64,000 nucleotides of DNA from Eubacteriales bacterium (GTDB lineage: Bacteria; Bacillota; Clostridia; Oscillospirales; CAG-272). Positions 56,913 through 64,000 of the stretch are shown in pieces. Below the pieces are notes generated by a model. The model ran no database searches and was not told where the DNA came from. It worked only from the letters and a program-made list of their open reading frames with translations. Location: assembly GCA_045542035.1 (NCBI GenBank), contig JAZQKG010000026.1, positions 2,363 to 66,362 on the forward strand, given 5' to 3'. How positions within the stretch are numbered: the stretch's first letter is position 1; each line of letters opens with the position of its first letter. The position numbers and the translations under genes were made by a program.

Positions 56913-58811
56913 TTATGCATTCCTTTGTTTTTTGCCACCCGAAAGGTATATGAGAAGAACTCCGACGTCGGCGGGGCTTACTCCGCTTATGCGCGACGCC
57001 TGTCCAATATTAAGAGGTCGGATTTTATCAAGCTTTTCCGCGGCTTCGAGTCTGAGCCCCAGAATGCTTTTATAATCTATATCATTCGGAAGCGCCTTGT
57101 CTTCAAGCTTTTTCTGCTTTTCGACCTCGGAAAGCTCTCTTTTTATATATCCCTCGTATTTTATGCTTATTTCGGCGGTTGTCCGAACGCTTCTCGGAAG
57201 GGTCGGACGCCCCGTGTCAATTTCCTTCAGCATTTCATAGCTGATTTCGGGGCGGCGGAGAAGCTCAGCAAGCTTAATTCCCGTCATCAGCTTTGACGAG
57301 CCCACAGACTCAAGCAGAGCGTTCACCTTATCCGACGGAGCTATTACCGTTTTTTCGATTCTTTTGATTTCTTCATTTATCATGCGGCGCTTTTCGTTAA
57401 ATTTTTCATATCTCTCGCCGTCTATAAGACCGACTCTGTGTCCTATATTGGTAAGCCGGAGATCCGCGTTATCCTGCCTTAAAATGAGTCTGTATTCCGA
57501 GCGTGAGGTCATAACTCTGTACGGCTCTCTCGTTCCCTTAGTCACAAGGTCATCAATAAGCATGCCGATGTAGGATGACGAGCGCGAAAGAATCATAGGC
57601 TCCTCACCCTTAACCGCAAGAGCGGCGTTTATTCCGGCTACAAGGCCCTGCGCCGCCGCTTCCTCATAACCCGAGGTACCGTTAAACTGACCCGCGCCGT
57701 AAAGTCCTTTAACCTTTTTGAACTCAAGCGTCGGATACATCTGCGTGGGCTCCGCAAGGTCGTATTCAATAGCGTATGCGTAGCGCATTATTTCCGCATT
57801 CTCAAAACCGTCAAGCGATTTCAGCATATCATACTGAACGTCGGTCGGCATCGAGGTTGAAAAGCCTTGAATATACATCTCGTCGGTGTCCATTCCGCAG
57901 GGCTCAACGAAAAGCTGATGTCTTTCCTTCCCCGCGAATCTTACAAGCTTCGTTTCTATCGACGGGCAGTATCTCGGTCCTTCTCCGCTTATATTTCCCG
58001 AATACATTGCCGAGCGTTCAAGATTATCGAGTATAGTTTTGTGGGTATTCTTGTTCGTGTAGACCATATGGCAGAGAGCGAGGTTTACCTCATCGCCCCT
58101 GCGCTCCTCGCTTCTTGCGGAATAAGGCGTCGGAAAGTCCTCGCCTTCCTGAACCTCAAGCTTTGAAAAATCAATCGACCGTTTGCTTACCCTTGCAGGA
58201 GTTCCCGTTTTGAAGCGCATAAGCTCAAGCCCCGCGCGTCTTAGCGAATCCGAAAGTCCTCTTGACGGCATCATTCCGTCAGGACCGCCATAGTATACCT
58301 TATCACCGACGAAAATCTGGCTTTCAAGAAACGTGCCCGTAGCTATTATAACCTTTTCCGCTCTCCACACCTCGCCAAGATGAGTAACGACACCGACAAC
58401 GGCTTTGCCGCCCTCATCCTCTTCGGTAAGAAGCTCGGTTATCTCAGCTTGAACAAGACGCAGATTTTCTTCCTTTTCGAGAGTTCGCTTCATTATTTTT
58501 TTATATTCGGCTCTGTCCGCCTGCACTCTTTTTGAATGCACGGCTGCGCCCTTGCCGAGATTGAGCGTTCTTGATTGCAGGGTCGCAAGGTCTGCCGCGT
58601 ATCCCATCTCTCCGCCAAGAGCGTCTATTTCAAAAACGAGGTGTCCTTTTGCGCTTCCGCCTATTGAAGGATTGCAGGGCATATTTCCGACAGCGTCAAG
58701 ATTTATCGTAAAAAGCACGGTATCAACGCCCAGCCTTGCAGATGCAAGAGCGGCTTCTATTCCGGCATGCCCTGCCCCTATTACTGCTACACGCGTAGTT
58801 AATTCTTTCAT
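56913..58811 (-). CDS. mnmG: tRNA uridine-5-carboxymethylaminomethyl modification enzyme MnmG (GidA)
   Basis: FAD motif VIGAGHAGIEAA and the conserved GTTGYEEAAAQG-like block (GTSGYEEAAAQG). Confidence 0.9.
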   Translation of the reverse strand: MKELTTRVAVIGAGHAGIEAALASARLGVDTVLFTINLDAVGNMPCNPSIGGSAKGHLVFEIDALGGEMGYAADLATLQSRTLNLGKGAAVHSKRVQADRAEYKKIMKRTLEKEENLRLVQAEITELLTEEDEGGKAVVGVVTHLGEVWRAEKVIIATGTFLESQIFVGDKVYYGGPDGMMPSRGLSDSLRRAGLELMRFKTGTPARVSKRSIDFSKLEVQEGEDFPTPYSARSEERRGDEVNLALCHMVYTNKNTHKTILDNLERSAMYSGNISGEGPRYCPSIETKLVRFAGKERHQLFVEPCGMDTDEMYIQGFSTSMPTDVQYDMLKSLDGFENAEIMRYAYAIEYDLAEPTQMYPTLEFKKVKGLYGAGQFNGTSGYEEAAAQGLVAGINAALAVKGEEPMILSRSSSYIGMLIDDLVTKGTREPYRVMTSRSEYRLILRQDNADLRLTNIGHRVGLIDGERYEKFNEKRRMINEEIKRIEKTVIAPSDKVNALLESVGSSKLMTGIKLAELLRRPEISYEMLKEIDTGRPTLPRSVRTTAEISIKYEGYIKRELSEVEKQKKLEDKALPNDIDYKSILGLRLEAAEKLDKIRPLNIGQASRISGVSPADVGVLLIYLSGGKKQRNA

Positions 58812-58820
58812 AAAAATCCT

Positions 58821-59594
58821 TTAAAAAGTAATTCTGTTTATTTTGGTTATTCTTTTAGACGCTGTATCAAGCTCAAATATAACGCCGTTTGCTTCACAAG
58901 TCCCCGCCGCAGCCACGAATTTATGAGGCAGGCGGGTTCTCATTCTTTTCACTACGCATTCGGCATCCATTCCCAAGACGCCGCCCGTCTGACCGCACAT
59001 ACCGACGTCGGTTATATATCCCGTTCCCTTAGGTAAAATTTTTTCGTCTGCCGTTTGCACATGGGTATGCGTGCCGAAAACAATATTTATTTTCCCATCG
59101 TATGCATATCCCATAGCTGCCTTTTCACCGCTCGCCTCAGCGTGAATATCAAGAATGGAAAAATCGTATTTTCCCTGAAGCTCGCAAAGCAATTTATCTA
59201 TATAGGCATACGGAGAATCAAGCACGGGGTCCATATGAACGTTGCCGAGGGCATTAATCACGAGAACCCTGTATCCGAGAGCATCGGCTATAACGTATCC
59301 GTGCCCGGGCGCGCCGTCACCGAAATTTATAGGGCGCAGTATAGCGTCATTATCATCGAGATAGGTGTATACCGCTTTATTTCTCAGCGTGTGATTTCCT
59401 CCGCTTATAACGTCTGCCCCGGCCCTGAAAAGAGCGTCTGCAAGGTCAGAGGATATTCCGGTTACAAAGGAGGCGTTTTCACCGTTAACAACGCAAAAAT
59501 CAATTTTGTTCTTTTCTCTTATCTTCCAAAGGTTTTTCTTTAGGTGCTCTATTCCCGCGGGACTAACGACGTCTCCGATAACAAGTATGTTCAC
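58821..59594 (-). CDS. ymdB: YmdB-type metallophosphoesterase (TIGR00282 family)
   Basis: MNILVIGDVV, NGENAS, GNH and GTHTHVQTAD motifs. Located downstream of rny as in Bacillus. Confidence 0.85.
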   Translation of the reverse strand: MNILVIGDVVSPAGIEHLKKNLWKIREKNKIDFCVVNGENASFVTGISSDLADALFRAGADVISGGNHTLRNKAVYTYLDDNDAILRPINFGDGAPGHGYVIADALGYRVLVINALGNVHMDPVLDSPYAYIDKLLCELQGKYDFSILDIHAEASGEKAAMGYAYDGKINIVFGTHTHVQTADEKILPKGTGYITDVGMCGQTGGVLGMDAECVVKRMRTRLPHKFVAAAGTCEANGVIFELDTASKRITKINRITF

Positions 59595-59688
59595 AAAAGT
59601 TCTCTTTTCTACCTTTAATAATATTTAGTAAAAAGGGCCATGCCGAAGCACGCCCTTTTTTCTTGCCGTCTTTTCGGCATTATGTTCA

Positions 59689-61230
59689 TTATTTTGCGTA
59701 ATCAATGATTCGGTTTTCACGAATTACGCTGACCTTGATTTGTCCGGGATAATCAAGCTCGTTCTCGATTTTCTTCGCAATATCGCGCGCAAGGATTTTC
59801 ATCTTGTCGTCATTTACAATTTCGGGTTTAACCATTATACGAACCTCGCGGCCTGCCTGGATTGCAAAGGTCTTATCAATTCCGTCAAATCCGCCCGCAA
59901 CCTCTTCAAGCTTCTGAAGGCGCTTAATGTAATTTTCAACGTCCTCTCTGCGCGCTCCGGGGCGTGCGGCGCTGATAGCGTCAGCCGCCTGGACTATAAA
60001 CGCGATAGTGGTTTTGGGGTCAACGTCGTTATGATGCGACTCAATTGCGTGAATTATGTCCTTATTCTCACGGTACTTCGTTGCAATTTCAACACCAAGC
60101 TCGATATGCGAGCCCTCAGCCTCAGCGGTAACCGCCTTTCCGATATCGTGAAGAAGACCTGCTCTTTTCGCAAGATTTACGTCAACGCCCATCTCATCGG
60201 CCATAACGCCTGCGAGCATAGAAACCTCTATTGAATGGCGAAGAGCGTTCTGTCCGTATGACGTACGGTATTTCATTCTTCCGAGAAGCTTTATAAGCTC
60301 GGGATGAAGACCGTGAACACCCGTTTCAAACACAGCCTTCTCACCTGCTTGCTTAATGGCTATATCTACGTCACGGCGCGCTTTTTCAACCATCTCTTCA
60401 ATTCTCGCGGGATGGATTCTTCCGTCCGAAACGAGCTTTTCAAGAGCAATTCTCGCAATCTCACGTCTGACGGGGTCAAATCCCGAAACGGTAATTACGT
60501 CAGGCGTATCGTCTATTATAAGCTCAACACCGGTAAGGTTTTCAATTGTGCGGATATTTCTTCCTTCTCTTCCGATTATGCGGCCCTTCATCTCATCGCT
60601 CGGAATCTGAACGACAGATATAGCCACCTCGCTTACGTGGTCAGCGGCGAATCTCTGAATAGCGAGAGAGAGTATATCACGAGCCTTCGTATCAGCCTCG
60701 TCCTTGAACTTTTCCTCATATTCGGCAATCTTAAGCGCCGTCTCATGCTGAAGCTCACCGTCAAGCTTTGCGACAAGCTCTGATTTCGCCTCCTCCTTGG
60801 AAAGACCCGCGTTTTTCTCAAGCACAGCAATCTGCGCGCTGAGAGTCGCCTCCACCTTTTCCTTAAGCGCGGCTACCTCCGCGTGCTTTTCCGTAAGATT
60901 TGCATCCTTTTTTTCAAGAGCTTCAAGCTTAGAATCGAGCGTTTCCTCTTTTTGAGTAACGCGTCTTTCAAGCCTTGAAACTTCTTTGCGGCGCTCCTTT
61001 ATATCGAAGTCCGCTTCTTTTTTCATTTGGAATATTTCTTCTTTTGCGGAAATTATAGATTCCTTCTTTGCGCTCTCGGCATTTTTAATAGCGTCTTCAA
61101 GAATATGACGCGCCTGAGCCTCTGCCGAGCCAAGCTTCTTCTCCGCAATAGATTTACGAATAAAAAATCCTGCCGCCCCGCCGACTGCGACGCCCGCGGC
61201 AATTCCAATAATCAAAGATAATACGTCCAT
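59689..61230 (-). CDS. rny: Ribonuclease Y
   Basis: N-terminal TM helix, coiled coil, KH domain ([10 protein letters not shown]) and HD domain (LLHDIGK). Confidence 0.9.
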   Translation of the reverse strand: MDVLSLIIGIAAGVAVGGAAGFFIRKSIAEKKLGSAEAQARHILEDAIKNAESAKKESIISAKEEIFQMKKEADFDIKERRKEVSRLERRVTQKEETLDSKLEALEKKDANLTEKHAEVAALKEKVEATLSAQIAVLEKNAGLSKEEAKSELVAKLDGELQHETALKIAEYEEKFKDEADTKARDILSLAIQRFAADHVSEVAISVVQIPSDEMKGRIIGREGRNIRTIENLTGVELIIDDTPDVITVSGFDPVRREIARIALEKLVSDGRIHPARIEEMVEKARRDVDIAIKQAGEKAVFETGVHGLHPELIKLLGRMKYRTSYGQNALRHSIEVSMLAGVMADEMGVDVNLAKRAGLLHDIGKAVTAEAEGSHIELGVEIATKYRENKDIIHAIESHHNDVDPKTTIAFIVQAADAISAARPGARREDVENYIKRLQKLEEVAGGFDGIDKTFAIQAGREVRIMVKPEIVNDDKMKILARDIAKKIENELDYPGQIKVSVIRENRIIDYAK

Positions 61231-61432
61231 TTACACCTCCTTCTGATTACATTTTTCTGCTGTAATCTATATAACCTAATAATATTTTTTAGATATGGCG
61301 GCTTTTCTTTTTTGTTTGTAACACATAAGCAAGCCTACTCATACAGATATATTATATATTATTTTAAAGCTAAAGTCAATACTAAATCAAGTTGGAATTG
61401 TAAATTTTATTTTGCGTGTTTTATTAATGTTT

Positions 61433-61459
61433 TTAGCACTTAATCTGCGATTCGGCTAA
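61433..61459. promoter_or_regulatory. Degenerate CIRCE-like inverted repeat
   Basis: TTAGCACTT-N9-TTCGGCTAA, against the consensus TTAGCACTC-N9-GAGTGCTAA. Confidence 0.4.
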
Positions 61460-61498
61460 ATATTAACAAAAAATTCATATATTTTTGCGTGTAAACTA

Positions 61499-61527
61499 TT
61501 GACACGGTGGGAAAAAAGGATTATATT
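61499..61527 (+). promoter_or_regulatory. Sigma-A promoter of the hrcA operon
   Basis: TTGACA (61499-61504), 17-nt spacer, TATATT (61522-61527). Confidence 0.55.
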
Positions 61528-61540
61528 ATAGATGTCAATG

Positions 61541-61567
61541 TTAGCACTCGAACACATCAAGTGCTAA
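61541..61567. promoter_or_regulatory. CIRCE operator (HrcA binding site)
   Basis: TTAGCACTC-GAACACATC-AAGTGCTAA; 17/18 match to the CIRCE arms with exact N9 spacing, just downstream of the promoter. Confidence 0.85.
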
Positions 61568-61590
61568 AATCCACAGAAAGAGGTGAGTTT

Positions 61591-62661
61591 TTGGAAGATT
61601 CAAGGCTTTCCGCAAGGAAAAAACAAATACTTAAAGCAATCGTCGACGCTCATATCAACAACGGCGAGCCGGTTGGCTCGAAGTATCTTTCACAGGATGC
61701 TTTGATTTCCTGCTCCCCCGCAACGATAAGGAATGAGATGGCAGAGCTTGAGAATATGGGTTATCTTGTTCAGCCGCACACCTCTGCTGGAAGAATACCG
61801 TCGGAGCTTGGTTACAGATTTTACGTTGACACCCTTGTCCGTCAGTACAGCGAGACAAAGTCGGAAATTGAAGAGATAAACGAAAAGCTAAAATATAAGC
61901 TCACCGAAATGGATGAGATTCTTGAGGAAGCTTCGCGGCTTGCCGCGTCGTTTACCGACTACACCGGCATCGCATTCAAATCCGGCGCGGGAAACGTTCG
62001 TATAACGAAGTTTGACAGCGTTTACCTCTCACCGAAGGATTTCCTGCTTGTTATGATGTTTTCGGGTGATATGGTTAAAGCAAAGCCTATTCATCTCTCC
62101 TTCTCCATCACGGAGAGTGACCTTAAAAGATTCACCGAAGCGGCTAACATCTATCTTGTTAACACAGTCAGCGACGGAATCAGCATGCCTATAATCGTCA
62201 AAATGGAAACCATAATGGGCGCGGCAAGCGCAATGGTTCACCCCGCTGTTAAAATCATTTACGAAACCATGAGCGAGCTTGACACAGCCGATATACGCCT
62301 TGACGGAATTAACAAGCTTCTTAAATATCCCGAATACTCGGATACCGAAAAGCTCAGAAGCCTGCTCGGAGTGCTTGAGGAGAAGGATAAGCTGCTTGAC
62401 GTAATATCGTCACACACCACAAACGATGACGGAATAAACGTCTATATCGGAACGGAAAACGATTCTGACGCGATGAGCAACACCACGCTGATTTTCAAAA
62501 ACGTCAACGTTGGAGGAAAGAGAGTAGCGGTTGGCGTCATCGGTCCCAAAAGAATGAATTACTCGAAGGTAATCGGGATGATAAATCAGCTTGCGTCCGG
62601 CATTGACAGAATATTCAGCGACGAGCGACTGCTTGACGACGGAAAGAAAGGTAATTACTAA
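61591..62661 (+). CDS. hrcA: Heat-inducible transcription repressor HrcA
   Basis: LSARKKQILKAIVDAHINNGEPVGSKYL winged-helix N-terminus. I prefer the TTG at 61591 after AGAGGTGA, because the track start at 61507 would place CIRCE and the -10 inside the CDS. Confidence 0.85.
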   Translation: MEDSRLSARKKQILKAIVDAHINNGEPVGSKYLSQDALISCSPATIRNEMAELENMGYLVQPHTSAGRIPSELGYRFYVDTLVRQYSETKSEIEEINEKLKYKLTEMDEILEEASRLAASFTDYTGIAFKSGAGNVRITKFDSVYLSPKDFLLVMMFSGDMVKAKPIHLSFSITESDLKRFTEAANIYLVNTVSDGISMPIIVKMETIMGAASAMVHPAVKIIYETMSELDTADIRLDGINKLLKYPEYSDTEKLRSLLGVLEEKDKLLDVISSHTTNDDGINVYIGTENDSDAMSNTTLIFKNVNVGGKRVAVGVIGPKRMNYSKVIGMINQLASGIDRIFSDERLLDDGKKGNY

Positions 62662-63209
62662 TGGAAGAAACAAAAACCGAAGAAATAAACGAAACCGCGG
62701 AAACAGAAGCCGCGCCCGATGAAATGAAAAAAGAAAAGAAGACTTCAAAAAAGGACACCGAAAAAGCCCTGCTTGAAGAAATTGAAGCGCTCAAAAATGA
62801 AATTAAAGAAAAGGATGACAGACATTTAAGAATGGCTGCCGAATACGACAATTTCAGACGCCGTTCAAGAGAAGAAAAGGACGCCACCTACGACGTTGCG
62901 ATGTCCGAAACCGTATCTGAATTTCTTCAAGTCATAGATAACCTTGAAAGAGCCGCGCTCTACGACGACGCGCTTAAAGTAAGGGAAGGACTCGTGATGA
63001 TCGCTAAGTCGGTCGAAAGCGTCTTTTCAAAGCTCGGAATCGAGGAGGTCGGTAAGGTCGGAGAAAAATTCGATCCCAATCTTCACAACGCCGTCATGCA
63101 CATAGACGACGCAAATTTTGGAGAAAATGAGATTATTGAGGTATTCCAGAAGGGATACAAAAAGGGTTCAAAGATAATCAGATTCGCAATGGTAAAAACG
63201 GCAAACTGA
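62661..63209 (+). CDS. grpE: Nucleotide exchange factor GrpE
   Basis: RMAAEYDNFRRR and the C-terminal beta domain FDPNLHNAVMH. Its start overlaps the hrcA stop. Confidence 0.9.
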   Translation: MEETKTEEINETAETEAAPDEMKKEKKTSKKDTEKALLEEIEALKNEIKEKDDRHLRMAAEYDNFRRRSREEKDATYDVAMSETVSEFLQVIDNLERAALYDDALKVREGLVMIAKSVESVFSKLGIEEVGKVGEKFDPNLHNAVMHIDDANFGENEIIEVFQKGYKKGSKIIRFAMVKTAN

Positions 63210-63213
63210 TTAA

Positions 63214-64000
<787 letters not shown>

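Noticed and set aside
59055-60783. Three 159-164-aa plus-strand ORFs
   Set aside because: They are antisense to ymdB and rny, both strongly supported. No RBS or motifs.
61507-61590. 28-codon N-terminal extension of HrcA in the ORF track (GTG start)
   Set aside because: It would place the -10 hexamer and the CIRCE operator inside the coding region. The TTG at 61591 with an AGAGGTGA RBS gives the conserved HrcA N-terminus.

Overview
This 64-kb chromosomal window reads like a spore-forming, Clostridia-type Firmicute; that taxonomic call is inference. It rests on spoIIE, a spoVM-like peptide gene, a GerA/SpoVAF-like gene, CIRCE-hrcA-grpE-dnaK, rny-ymdB, a T-box and a B12 riboswitch. Most genes are minus-strand housekeeping genes, at roughly 45-50% G+C in hand-counted rows. 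In order along the window: maf/dus, a lipid kinase, an M19 dipeptidase, and a T-box-controlled Lrp-type regulator plus class I aminotransferase (AlaR/AlaT-like pair). Next come a B12-riboswitch-controlled DUF4430-like lipoprotein plus ECF S component, an MBL hydrolase, a PAP2 phosphatase, spoIIE, the UPF0237/UPF0210 pair, truB and addA. Then rnhA sits between two surface-anchored proteins, one clearly trigger-factor-like, followed by a five-gene ABC-2/GldG/GldG/DUF4340-like operon. The rest is trpS, tRNA-Thr, a Sel1-repeat protein, asnA, guaB, a cyclophilin, holA, an MGS-like pseudoenzyme, pfkA, a complete argGHCJBDF operon, galT, birA, a PHP phosphatase, mnmG, ymdB, rny and hrcA-grpE-dnaK. 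The stand-out is a ~2.4-kb low-GC insertion (about 17.36-19.79 kb). It carries an XRE regulator divergent from a tightly packed operon: unknown helical protein, patatin-like phospholipase, DUF4234 membrane protein. That operon is driven by a consensus promoter overlapped by three direct repeats, and I do not recognise the combination as a named system. Other second-look items are an unannotated 28-aa SpoVM-like ORF, a probable Ala-specific T-box on an alaRT-like operon, a tRNA-Thr with C at position 55, an addA with no adjacent addB, and several candidate operators. I saw no CRISPR array, rRNA, transposase or integrase. All calls come from reading the sequence and ORF translations; no searches were run.
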